Assembly (NCBI GenBank): GCA_038087875.1 | Contig: CM075987.1 | Span: 2,666,001 to 2,730,000 of the forward strand | Direction: 5' to 3' | Length of the DNA stretch: 64,000 bases | Source: Malacoraja senta | Taxonomy: Eukaryota | Shown: positions 49,935 through 61,907 of the stretch, piece after piece | Position numbering within the stretch: the stretch's first letter is position 1 | Layout: every line of letters begins with the position of its first letter | Program-made: the position numbers and the translations under genes | Notes under the pieces: generated by a model | Told to the model about the DNA's origin: nothing | Database searches by the model: none | What the model saw: only the letters and a program-made list of their open reading frames with translations

Positions 49935-50199
49935 ACATGGAAACAGGCCCTTTGGCCCACCATGATCACGCTGACCATCGATCACCGTTCACACTTGTTG
50001 TATTTTATCCCACTTTCACAGCCTCTCCCAACACACCAGGGGCAATTTACAGAGGCCAATTAACTACAAATCCACATGTCTTTGGCATGTGGGTGGAAAC
50101 CGGAACACCCGGAGGAAACCCACGTGATCACAGGGAGAATGTGCAAACTCCACATACATTGTGCGGCAACTGCTATACCAGCTGTGCCACTGTGCTGGC
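49935..50199 (-). mobile_element. HE1-like V-SINE (partly deleted)
   Basis: GCCAGCACAGTGGCACAGCTGG head; TGTGGAGTTTGCACATTCTCCC V-domain. Confidence 0.8.
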
Positions 50200-50258
50200 A
50201 AATGCCACACAGTTTTGTAAAGTAAAGCTACATAATTGGAATTCTTGCTTGATGTAAA

Positions 50259-50570
50259 CACGGCACGATGCGCAACGGTAGAGTTGCTGCCTTACAGCGT
50301 CAGAGATCCGGGTTTGATCGTGATCACGGGTGCCGTCTGTACGGAGTTTGTACCTTATCTCCATGACCTGTGTGGGTTTTTCCCTGGTGCTCCGGTTTCC
50401 TCCCACACTCCAAAGACGTACAGTTTTGTAGGTTGATTGGCTTTGGTAAAATTGTAAATTGTCCCTAGTGTGTATAGGATAGTATCGGTATGCATGAATT
50501 GCTGGTCGGTGCAGACTCGGTGGGCTGAAGGGCCTGTTTCCATGCTGTATCTCTATACTAAACTAAATTA
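50259..50570 (+). mobile_element. HE1-like V-SINE
   Basis: A/B boxes, V-domain, GGGCTGAAGGGCCTGTTTCC tail. Confidence 0.85.
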
Positions 50571-51434
50571 AATCCAAAACTATGCTTCTCATCTGATGAC
50601 ATCACATGCATACTGCTCATGGTCAATTAAGCTCTGGGCTGTGGTATCCAAATTGTAGTTCAGTTTTAGTTTGGGAGAAGTCAGCTAAACTGGCAAAATT
50701 GAAAAATAATTTTGAGGTTTCCTAAATTATAATGTATTTAGGATTTGTTTTTGCTGCAAGAAGAATTAAACGAACATTTCTGGAGGTGGCCTTAAAATTC
50801 CTGCCACAACCTGACTTGGGTGATTCCAGAGGCAAATTATAATAAGCAGTTTTAGCCGATGTAACGCTCTAGAACTGCTGTGCATCCACCATTATGTTGT
50901 CAAATAGATGCACCAGTTCAAAAGTGCATTCTTCAGAATTTAAATACTATTTTTTGCAAATAAGTAATTAGAGCACAATCGTGATCTGTTAATGACTGGT
51001 TATGCACCAGACTGTCATTGTGGAAGGAGAGAGCCACCTAATGGTTAGTTGTTTAAATTATCTTTGTTAATGTGAACACTCTTAAACAATTATAAAGGTT
51101 TTTTTTTAATAAAACTAATGGCTTAGTTTTACTCTGCATAATGAAAATGCAAAGTTGTCATTTGTCTTATTTCATCGCAAAGTTAGATACACAAAGAGAG
51201 CAGTTATTTCTCCTTTCATAGCAATGAATTACTTTTGACATGTGGTCATTATTATTTATTTGGCAAACCAAGGTCTCAATTCCAACAATTGCAATGCATG
51301 ACCATTTCAATTGTTGATTTTCTACTATTGTTGCCTGAACACAGAAAGGATCATTAACTCTTGAAATGGTCTGTTATCTTTTATGACTACTAGATGGAGC
51401 CTTAAACAACACACTAGTCTCCTACTGCACTACA

Positions 51435-51712
51435 GGCCAACACAGTGGCGCAGCTGGTAGAGCTACTGCCTCACAACACCAGAGACCTGGGTCCGATCTT
51501 GACCTACGGTCTGTATGGAGTTTGTGTGTTGTGGGTTTCCTCCGTGTGCTCCAGTTTCCTCCACCATCCCAAAGACGTGCGTGTTTGCAGGTTAATTGGC
51601 TGCCGTAAATTGCCCCTAATGTGCAGGGAGTGGATGCGAAAGTGGGAGAACATAGGTCTAGTGTGGACGGGTGATCGATGGTCGTTGTGGACGTGGGCTG
51701 AAGGGCTTGTGT
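51435..51712 (+). mobile_element. HE1-like V-SINE
   Basis: CAGTGGCGCAGCTGGTAG..GGGTCCGATC..GGAGTTTG. Confidence 0.8.
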
Positions 51713-51869
51713 ATGTCCAAGTACATAACTGTTATCCTAGATTATATGCAGTTTGAGTCCAAAATCTTCTGACTCAAAGGTAAATGTGTGCTGAGGTAAA
51801 AGAGCAAAATCACTTTTAGCTACTACTCTCAATTTCCTATCCACCTCAGTGTTTATCAAGTGCAAGCAT

Positions 51870-52910
51870 GGATAGAGTCATACAGCGTGGAAACAGACCC
51901 TTTGGTCAAACTTGCCCTTGCCGACCAAGTTGCTCCATCTATACTAGTCCCACCTGCCCGCATTTTGCCCATATCCCTTTAACCCTTTCCATGCACTAGT
52001 CCAAATGACTTTTATGTGTTGTTATAATGTCTGCCTCGACTACCCCCTTTGGCAGTTCGTTCCATATAACCACCATCCTCTGAAAACGCTGCCCCACAGG
52101 TTCCTATTAAATCTTTCCCCTCTCACCTTAACCTATGTCCTCTGGTTTTTACCCTATCTATTCCCCCCTGATTTTATACACGTTTAAGATTATTCCTCAT
52201 TCTCTTGCGCTCCAAGAAATAAAGTCCTGACCTGCCCAACCCAACCTCTCCCTATAACTTAGGCTCTCAAATCGTGGCAACATCCTGGTAAATCCTCCCT
52301 GCACTCATTCCGGCTTTAACAACTTTCCTGTAGCAGGGTGTCCTGCACTGAACACAATACTCCAAAGTAACCTCACCAACTTCTTGTACAACTATAAAAT
52401 AACATCCCAACATCTATACTCAATACCCTCACTGATAAAGCCAATGTGCTGACAGCCTTCTTGACGACCTGATTTACCTGTGATGCCACTTTCAGGGAAT
52501 TATATACCTGCACTCCAAGACCCCTCTGTTCTACAACATTTCCATAGCCCTGCCATTCACTGTGAAGTTCCTGCCCTGGTTTGACTATCCAAAATGCACT
52601 TATTTCCATTAACTATTCCTCAGCCCACTTGCCCAAATGATCAAGAGACTACTTTTGATAACCATCTTTACTATCTACAACCATACCCACTTAAGTGTTA
52701 TCTGCAAACCTGCTAATTATGCCTTGTACATCCACATCCAAATTGTTGATATAAACCACAAATAGCAATGGGCCCAACACCGATTCCTGAGGAACATCAC
52801 CGGCCTCCAGTCCGAAAAACATCCTTCCACCATCACCCTCCTTCCTTCCACGAAGCCAATTTTCTACCTAGTCAGCCAGCTCTCACTAGATCCCTTGCGA
52901 TCTAACCTTT
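51870..52910 (-). mobile_element. Degenerate CR1 (RT to 3' end, with deletions)
   Basis: [29 protein letters not shown]. Confidence 0.8.
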
Positions 52911-53416
52911 CAGAACTTTAGAGAACAAAGAATATAGGATGATACAGAATTTTCCCTAATTAAACAGTGGGAAAGCAAAGCTTTCTTACTCATCATTGTT
53001 TCTGAATCCACTTTCTCCTTGTGGTTTATGCAGTCAGAACAGGTAATGTGCCCACACTGATAGGTTTCCAATCCAAGTTCATTGATTGCTGAGATAGCTA
53101 ATTTCCATCCCTGCAACAATGTTTACTCTACCTCCCTCTCATCCACTCATCCACAATGTGATTGTAACACATATTCACACTTGCATTCAAGACTCCTCTT
53201 TCCAAACAGGATGTTTACCTTTTTTCCTGAGTTGCCTTCTACAGCAAGAATATTTTTTAAAGAACTCTTGGCACCTGGCTTCTGTGTGCATTTTAACTCG
53301 CCCGCACGTCATTCTGTCCTATCGAGTTTTTCTAAAAAGCTAAGCTCCCATTACTCATTCTCTTTGCAAATGTCACATTAGTTCCCTATTATTTTTTGCA
53401 TTTAGCTTCGGCATTT

Positions 53417-54998
53417 ACATAGATACATAGAAAATAGGTGCAGGAGTAGGCCATTCGGTCCTTCGAGCCTGCACCGCCATTCAATATGATCATGGCTGAT
53501 CATCCAACTCAGTATCCCGTACCTGCCTTCTCCCCATACCCCCTGATCCCTTTAGCCACAAGGGCCACATCTAACCCCCTCTTAAATATAGCCAATGAAC
53601 TGGCCTCAACTACCTTCTGTGGCAGAGAATTCCACAGATTCACCACTCTCTGTGTGAAAAAGTTTTTCCTCATCTCGGTCTTAAAGGATTTCCCCCTTAT
53701 CCTTAAGGCTCTGTCTTACCTGTTTGCGGTCATCGGCGGTGAAGCGCGGCGTCGCCGGTAGCGGGGACCGCGCGGCAACGGCGAGAGCGTCGAGCCTATC
53801 CACTGGAGCGCCGCACGGATGCTGCGCGGGGGCCGAGTTAATTCAAATACGGCTGGTCCCACGCGCTTGCGGTAAGTAAAAACAAGGGCGGGCCGACTGC
53901 GATGACGTCGGCCCGCCGCACGTGACTCACCAGCGGCGGCTGTGGCGGCGGCCATCCTGATCGCGGCGCTGTAGTGGTGGCTGTGCCTGCGGCCGTGCAG
54001 CACACGTGCCTCACTGGCGGAGGCTGTGGCAGTGGAGGTTTGACGCACGGCGCTCGAGCCACACTGGCGGCGGCCCGTGCGGGCGGCCGTGCCGCACTTG
54101 TGCATCACTGGTGGAGGTTGTGCGGTGAGTATATAGTTTTCGACATTGTCGATTTTATTTTAGCACCGTGCGGTGTTGGGAACACCGCCGCACGGCCCGG
54201 GAATTGTACGTTCTCACGAGTTCGCGGTCTATGGCGGCAGATTCTTCCCGTTTCGCCTCCAATGACCGCAGACTCGTGAGACAGGCCTTTTAAGCTGTGG
54301 CCCTTTGTCCTGGACTTCCCCAACATCGGGAACAATCTTCCTGCATCTAGCCTGTCCAACCCCATAAGAATTTTGTACGTTTCTATAAGATCCCCTCTCA
54401 ATCTCCTAAATTCTAGCGAGTATAAGCCAAGTCTATCCAGTCTTTCTTCATATGAAAGTCCTGACATCCCAGGAATCAGTCTGGTGAACCTTCTCTGCAC
54501 TCCCTCTATGGCTATAATGTCCTTCCTCAGATTTGGAGACCAAAACTGTACGCAATACTCCAGGTGTGGTCTCACCAAGACCCTGTACAACTGCAGTAGA
54601 ACCTCCCTGCGCCTATACTCAAATCCTTTTGCTATGAAAGCTAACATACCATTCGCTTTCTTCACTGCCTGCTGCACCTACATGCCTACTTTCAATGACT
54701 GGTGTACCATGACACCCAGGTCTCGCTGCATCTCCCCATTTCCTAATCGGCCACCATTTAGATAATAGTCTGCTTTCCTGTTTTTGCCACCAAAGTGGAT
54801 AACCTCACATTTATCCACATTATACTGCATCTGCCAAACATTTGCCCACTCACCCAGCCTATCCAAGTCACCTTGCAGTCTCCTAGCATCCTCCTCACAG
54901 CTAACACTGCCCCCCAGCTTAGTGTCATCCGCAAACTTGGAGATGTTGCCTTCAATTCCCTCATCCAGATCATTAATATAAATTGTAAATAGCTGGGG
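53417..54998 (-). mobile_element. Young CR1, 5'-truncated, nearly identical to 5037-6037; split by a Harbinger-like element
   Basis: PQLFTIYINDLDEGIEGNISKFADD...; protein nearly identical to ORF2; one premature stop at 54678. Confidence 0.95.
53706..54289. mobile_element. PIF/Harbinger-like non-autonomous element, TTA TSD, CpG-rich
   Basis: TTA|AGGCTCTGTCTTAC..TGCGGTCATCGG ... CCAATGACCGCA..GTGAGACAGGCCTT|TTA; excision restores CR1 CCTTAAGCTGTGG. Confidence 0.85.
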
Positions 54999-55162
54999 TC
55001 TTTGCTCCAGAATACTGAGGATCAGCAGCTGCAACAGGGTGAATGGAAATGATGCTGGGAGAGAGGAACTCAGTAGAGAAGTGAAGCCCTGCTGTGGGTA
55101 GAGAACGATGTTTCCATTGTTCTATTGAAAACTAGCAAAAGGTTGGAAGCTGAAGATTCTAA

Positions 55163-55690
55163 AGGGGCTGTCCCACTTGGGTGACCTAATTGGCGAATTT
55201 AGAAGAGTTTGAAAAAATGACATGCTGAACACCTCCTTCGACTATGTAGAAGACCTCCTTCGACTATGTTGAAGACTAGCTTCGACTAGCTACGACTAAC
55301 ATCGGGAAAATTGTACGCCGAATAGTGGAGAGTGAAGACGACCTCCTTCGACCTCCCTTCGACTATGATGAAGACTATCTACGATTAACTTTGACTACCT
55401 TCGACTACCTGCAATTACCTACGACTAAAATGCCGACCTACTACGACCAAACCTACGAGTAAAAAAAGTATTGATTTTTTCCATGACAATCTTTTTTTAC
55501 TCGCGGGCATTTTCTAACATATTGAGAAAAACGCCGCGACCCAGCTGAGGCCTCGAGTACGCAGAGACCACTCTCGAGCAAAGGAGAGTTACGTAGACCT
55601 CTTACAACCTCGTGTTGACCATGCTGCGAGTATGTCGAGGGCAAACTCGCCAGAACTCAGGTATTAGGTCGCCCAAGTGGGACAGGCCCT
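55163..55690. mobile_element. PIF/Harbinger-like MITE, TAA TSD
   Basis: TAA|AGGGGCTGTCCCACTTGGGTGACCTAAT...ATTAGGTCGCCCAAGTGGGACAGGCCCT|TAA. Confidence 0.9.
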
Positions 55691-56344
55691 TAACTATATT
55701 GTGCAGTTGCATACACTGATTAAGAACTGAAAGATAAACTAGCAGGATTTTCAGTAGAGATCCCTTCAGTTATTTTATTCAAACACTTTGTGCATGGTTC
55801 TAGAAGCAGTTCTGGGATCCTGCTTTGAATATTTATCTTTATCAGGGCTGCCAACATTGGGTGAGAGTTGAGAGTGAGAAATTGCAAGAGAGCGTAGCGA
55901 CCGAGGGGGGGTGCCGCTCAGTTTAGAGGTACGATGCTTTTGCATTTTTCAGCTTGAAATTGTGCAATCTGGTGCATACTGTAGCGAGTTTTTTAACTGA
56001 CACTTGAATACAACATTTATGCTTTAAATTGGATTAGGTATGAATAAGGTTTCCTTCTTAAACTTCTTAATTACATTCCACAGTAGAGCCAGGCTCTGAT
56101 CAACAGGTGCAGCACATGAATGACCTTACTATATTCATGTATGGAAATCAGATTATAATTTATGCTGTTATGTATATATAGAGAGAAAAAACAGAGAAAC
56201 AAGGCAAGAGTCGGACTTCCATCACTGTTCTGCACAAATAAATAAATCAACCTTATCCTTTGACTATAGAAACAAGACGAAAATAATGTCACTATTCAAT
56301 CGTATATGGTTCAATGAAATTAAGATATATATGTAAAACATATA

Positions 56345-56550
56345 TATGGAAACAGGCCCTTCAGCCCACCAAGTCCACACCGACCAGCAATCTACCATAC
56401 ACCAGTTCCATCCTACACGCCAGGGACAATTTACAGAAGCCAATTAACCTACAAACCTGCACTTCTTTCAGATGAGGGAGAAATCGGAATATCCAGAGAA
56501 AACCCATGTGGTCATAGGGAGAATGTACAAATACTGTACAGACAGTACCC
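56345..56550 (-). mobile_element. V-SINE, 5'-truncated, abutting a PLE 3' piece (56551-56650)
   Basis: V-domain plus tail; then TCCAGAGATGCTGCC..CTGCAGTTCC. Confidence 0.75.
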
Positions 56551-56962
56551 ATTCTTTCTCTCCAGAGATGCTGCCTGTCTCGCTGAGTTATTCCAGTTTT
56601 TAGTGTCTGTCTTCTGTTTAAACCACTATCTGCAGTTCCTTCCTACACTCTTTGTTAAGCGAAACATGTCCTATTCTCATAATATTATTCACCTCAACTA
56701 AGTCTTTTCTTCACCTCCGTTGCTGCAGAGAATACAATCCCAGTTATCAAATTTTTCTTCAAAGTGAAAAAAAATGTCCAGCCCTGCCAACATCTTCATA
56801 AATCGCCCCTGGATCCTCTCCAGAGCAATTGCACCCTTTCTACAATGTGTCATAGTCTTACAGCATGGAAACAGGCCCTTCATCCCAACTTGTTCATGCA
56901 GATCAAGATGCCCCATCTAAACTAGTCCCATTTATCCACATTTGGCCCATATCCCTTTAAAC

Positions 56963-57458
56963 TTTGTGTGTGCCAGTGTGTGTGTGAGAGTGTGTGTCAG
57001 TGAAGCGGCGACAATATCCGGAACGAGCGGAGACTTGGTGATGCCGGGGGAGCTTTTCCCTCTCTTCCCCCCGTAATGCGGGCCGGCCCAGGTGCTCTGT
57101 GTCCGGGGGAGGTGAGGGACAGTGACCCAGGGGTTGGGCATCGGAGCGGAGCCTTTGCCCTAGATTCATCCCCACGGCGCCGGAGGTGGCACCGACGCCC
57201 CCACTCACCCAGTCCGCTCCCGGCTCCGGGCCGGGGTTAAAACTCCATGGGATGTGGACAGAGCGGCCGATGGACACAAAGCTGCCGGAGGTGAGGGTGG
57301 GAGGTGTGAGCGGTGCCTCAGAGGTCGGTGCTGGGACCACCGCCGTGTCTCACCTGTCACACCATCTGCAGGGGAGAAACTAAACCTACTTTTTTTCCCC
57401 CAAATCATCCCGCGGGCTGGATTGGATCCCTTCGTGGGCCGGTAGTTTGACAGCCCTG
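56963..57458. mobile_element. Charlie/Buster-like hAT fragment with only one TIR
   Basis: Ends CCCGCGGGCTGG..GGGCCGGTAGTTTGACAGCCCTG|CTTTAAAC. Confidence 0.6.
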
Positions 57459-58200
57459 CTTTAAACCAATGCCCTCTGGTTCTTGAATCACACATCCCGG
57501 GAAAAAGACTATGCATTCACCTTATATATTCCCCTTGTGGTTTTTACTCATCTCTAAAACAATGTTTGCTTTATTTTGAATTTCCAGTACCTGCAGATTT
57601 TGGTTCCATGAATGTCAAATGTACTGCAGTTTGCTATTTTAAATAGTGTGCTTAAGAGTCGAAGACAATTAAATTACTCGTTCTTTACGGGAAACCCGAC
57701 AACAGAAACCTATTTTCATTGGTGAGTGTGGAGGGGATCTGGAAGCCTTGGGCGAATCGAATTGTTCGTAACTTTATTTATTTATTTTTAAATATTTGAG
57801 CGTGAGAAATTTGTGATCAGTGTGAGAGCGTGAGAATTTTGTGAAATGCGTGAGTCTCACGCTCAATGCATGAGAGTTGGCAGCCCTGTCTTTATGCAAT
57901 GTTGGTTTCGGTCAGTCCACAAAATGGACAGGAAAAAAATAATGGTGGCAGAGCTACCTATGCAGATTTGCTGCAAATTTATGCTCAGACATGAGAATTT
58001 GATGTCCCCATATCTTAGTCAAACAACACAGAAACAGGTCCTTCGGCCTAACTCGTCCATACCGACCTGGGTGCCATCTAAGCTAGTTCCATTTGCCTAC
58101 CTATATTGGTGTCCAAATTACTTTTAAATATGGTTATTGTACATGCTTCACCTACCTTCACTGGAAGCTCAGTCCATATATCTAAGTGAAAAAATTGCCC

Positions 58201-58388
58201 ACGAAATGTGTAGGAAGGAACTGTAGATGCTGGTTAAAACCAAAGATAGGCACAAAATGCTGGAGTAACTCAGCGGGACAGGCAGCATCTCTGGAGAGAA
58301 AGAATGGGTGACGTTTCGGCTTGAGAAGTCTTGATCCGAAACGTCACTCAATCCTTCTCTCCAGAGATGCTGCCTGTCCCGCTGAGTA
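58201..58388. mobile_element. Inverted-repeat PLE mini-element with 14-bp TSD, inside a CR1 remnant
   Basis: TGAAAAAATTGCCC at 58187-58200 and 58389-58402; arms meet within hammerhead stem II. Confidence 0.8.
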
Positions 58389-58829
58389 TGAAAAAATTGC
58401 CCCTCACACTCCTATTAACTTTTTTCTCTCCCACTTTAATCCTATGTCTGCTGGTTCCTGATTCCCCTATCCTGGGTAAAATACTCTGCATTCACCAAAT
58501 CAATTTCCCTCATGATGTTATACACCTCCTGAGCTTCAAGGAATAACTCCTAGCTTGCCCAACTTCTCCCTATAGCTCTTAGGGCTAAGGGAATCAAGAG
58601 AAATGGGGAAAAAGCCGGAACTTGGTACAGATTTTGGACGAACAGCCAAGATCATATTGAATGGCGGTGCTAGCCATTTAAAAAAATGTTTCAAGCCCCC
58701 AAGGCCTGCTAATGTCCTTGTGAATCTACTTTATACTCAATACCTTGATTGATGGAGGCCAATGTACCAAAAGCCTTCTTTATTGTCCTATCTACCTGTG
58801 ATGCTACTTTCAGGGAACTAGGTACCAGT

Positions 58830-59190
58830 TTTCTTGGGGGCGGAGTTGTAATCATGGGAGGTTGTCTTGGAGGGTAGGATGTTCTTCAAACTGCAGAGCA
58901 TCTTGGACAATACAACTCACCTCCTCCATGACACACTGGTCAACCTGAGGAGTATCTTCAGCAACAGACTGGTTCCACCAAGATGCAGCACAGAAAGCCC
59001 AGGAGATCCTTTTTCCCAGTGGCTATCAAACTGTACAACTTCTTCCCCTTCAGTCGTGGGGTAGACTGACTACCCCCCTCCTCCCAAATCTTTGCACATC
59101 CCCCATCCTTTCCACTTGTCTTGTGTATCTTTTGTTTTATGATGACTGTTGGTAGATCAATTTCCCTTTTGGGATAAATAAAGTTCTATC
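58830..59190 (+). mobile_element. Rex1-type 3' fragment
   Basis: KLQSILDNTTHLLHD..FSNRLVPPRCSTE; GGGATAAATAAAG end. Confidence 0.75.
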
Positions 59191-59391
59191 GTACTTCTAG
59201 ATCACTATAATCTAACATTCCCCAGGACCCTGCCATTCACCGTGAACAAACCTGCCCTGGTTTGACTTCCCAAATTGAAAAACCTCACACTTATCTGCAT
59301 TAGCCATTCTTCAGCCGACTTGCCCAACTGATCAAGATACAACTGTATTTTTTTATAACAATCTTCACTGTCTTCAATACCACCTACTTTA

Positions 59392-60112
59392 TGGGCCTGT
59401 CCCACTTAGGCGACTTTTTAGGCGACTGCAGGAGACTATGCGGTCGCCACATGGTTGCCGGGAGCCGCCTTCATGGTCGTGAGGAGTTCCCGCATTCTGG
59501 GAACTAGTCGCGACCTCATTATGGTCGCAGTGAATTTTTCAACATGTTGAAAAATTATTGGTGACCAGAATGAAGCCGCCATGGAGAGTAGCGAGAATTC
59601 TCGTGCCGTAGGTGCGGTGGTAGTAGGTTGCCAGGAAGTCGAAGGTTGTCATAGGTTCTCGTATGTTGTACGGTGCTGACCGGTGAATTTCATTGGCTAT
59701 TTGGGGGAAAAAAAGGTAAGCAGTAGTTTTCAGAACCAAGGATAACCGACCGGTAATGTTAATGTCTGCCGAGCTTCACAGCCGTGTATCTCTGGCTTCT
59801 TAAAAGTTGTTTCCACTCCTTCTCCCCCCCTCTTTTAAAGGACTTACATGACCCTTCCCATACACTGTGCTTTCACCGTCTTAATTACTGCGCCAACCTT
59901 CCTGTTCATCGCGGTGTGTGTCTGAATCACATTGGCTTTGCACCGTATAAATTTCACTCAGTGCTCCCCCCGCTTGCCCTGTCCCCCGCCTGCGTAACGG
60001 GCTGGTGAAGGAAGCGATGTGTATGTGTTCCACTATGACAGTCGCCATTCCAGGCGCCGGTTTTTCAGGCAACTGCCAGCGACTTGAGAGTCGCCTAAGT
60101 AGGACAGGCCCA
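59392..60112. mobile_element. PIF/Harbinger-like element, TTA TSD
   Basis: TTA|TGGGCCTGTCCCACTTAGGCGACT...AGTCGCCTAAGTAGGACAGGCCCA|TTA. Confidence 0.9.
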
Positions 60113-60127
60113 TTATTGTCATCTGCA

Positions 60128-60521
60128 CGGAATGGTACCATTCGGCGCTACCGTTTGGGCGCTGCCGTTTCAGCGCCTCCATTTCGGGGTGTTAGAGTTA
60201 GGGTTAGAGTATGGGTTTGGGTTAGGGTTAGGGTGCCTCAGCGGTGGGCCAGTGGAAACCAATTTCGAAACTTGTTAACATAAAGCTGATCTCACTTGCA
60301 ATAACCTTGGCGTAGGAACTTCTTGCAGAGGGTGATGAATCTCTGGAATTCACTATCCCGGGGTATTGTGACGCATGGAACACTTTTATTTATCTGGAGG
60401 TATTTACAGAGGTTAGGGTTAGGGTTAGCGTTAGGGTTAGGGTTCTGATGAGTACAGATATTATAAACGGAGGCGCCGAAATAGCGGCGCCGGAACGGCA
60501 GCGCCGAAAAGTACCCGACCC
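60128..60521. mobile_element. Unclassified TIR element with subterminal repeats and internal (TTAGGG)n
   Basis: Three TTCGGCGCYNCCG-like units mirrored at each end; TTAGGG arrays at ~60187-60235 and ~60411-60444. Confidence 0.7.
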
Positions 60522-61907
60522 CAAACAACAACAGCAATGTGACCAGCACTGATCCCTGAGGCTCACCACTAGTCACACGGTTCCTGTCCAAAACACAGCA
60601 TTCCACCACCACCCTTTGCTTTCTTCCATGAATCCAATTCTATATCTAAGCAGCTAGCTTACCCTGGATGCCACAGGGACAACAGATAAAACATTTGTCA
60701 GTTTGTACCCCAGTAACTACAGATGAGCATGTGCCAGGCATGTGCAAGTTCCAGGAATGTACACATATGTGTAAGATGGCACCCCCAAAATATAATTCAT
60801 TGCATTAGCTGCAAAATGTGTCTGTTGGGTGTGTGCAAAAAAAATGAGGATGTCTGTTACATAATTTAACAAACAACTTACTTTCTATTGTGTATAGAAA
60901 ATTTGCTTATGAATTATTATTTTGAGCCAAATTGGTTTATTTTTAAAATCCGATATGGTGTGGTTGTGTCATTTTAATGCCAAGTGCAGAAGTCATTCAG
61001 AGATATGTTGTGGAATTTGGGCACTGTATGAATGTAACATGAGAGGCAGGAGTCCACCCACTTGACCCCAAGCCTATTTCATCACTTAATAAGATTATGG
61101 CTGATCTTTCACCTCAGCACCTCTTTCTTGCAGTAATCCCGTGTCCCTCGATTCCCTTAATGTCTACAAATCTATTGATCTCTGCCTTGACTATCTGCAG
61201 TGACTGAGCCTCCACTGTCCTCTTGGATTGTGTATTCCAAAGATTCACCACTCCTGCTTAAAGAACATTTTTCTTTGCTATGTCCTGATTACCCAACTCC
61301 CTATTTAGAGACATAATCCCTTTTCTTCATTCAGTTTTGGTACAATCCTGATTATGCTTGACTATATTGTCCACATTTAGTCTGATTCTTTTGCCAACTT
61401 TCTTAAATCTTATGCTGGTCATTTTGGGCTCATAATTTTGAATAACTAGTTTCCTCTTAAATATCATGAACCAAACTCAGCTACTTGAAGTATTGAGATG
61501 CAAAGTAGGAAATTATAACGAGGCTGAAGTTTTTGGTTTATTCATGTCTCAAGTCTCCTCACAATAAAAACTCAAACCTCTTGTTCAATTAGTAGGCAAT
61601 CTGAGATGTCAGTTGCTAAATCCTATCCAATCTTTCTACAAAATATCAATCAGAATGCACTTTCTAAACTGTATTCACATGTTTCAGTCTTCTCTCTTTC
61701 ATCTGTGAAGAATGTCGGTATTTCTTAAAATACTGAATATGCTAATTCTTTATTACATAATCCTCAGATGCTCTTTGTTTCTCTGCAATTTTAATATAAA
61801 TAATCCAATTGGCAATAATCCTTGAAATTAACTGCAACAAAATGAGAACATCATATGGGGATGAATTTTTTCTTCAGTTAAATTGCACGAGAACTTTTTC
61901 ATTTTCA

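Larger units (their letters stand above)
55843..57888. mobile_element. hAT-like non-autonomous element (13-bp TIR, 7-bp TSD) containing SINE, PLE, CR1 and hAT pieces
   Basis: TCTTTAT|CAGGGCTGCCAAC...GTTGGCAGCCCTG|TCTTTAT; subterminal GTGAGA repeats. Confidence 0.8.
59200..60675 (-). mobile_element. Old CR1 fragment hosting two DNA transposons
   Basis: VTSGEPQGSVL, ADDNKVGG (split by the inserts), LDQLGKSAEEW. Confidence 0.7.

Noticed and set aside
53716-54279. Bacterial-like GC-rich ORFs (contamination or HGT)
   Set aside because: Bounded by TIRs and a TTA TSD within a CR1; non-coding transposon interior
60187-60444. True telomere or chromosome-fusion site
   Set aside because: Arrays are short, degenerate, on the same strand and enclosed by TIRs
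60445-60483. CTGATGAG...CGAAA as a hammerhead
   Set aside because: No stem II pairing between the two boxes
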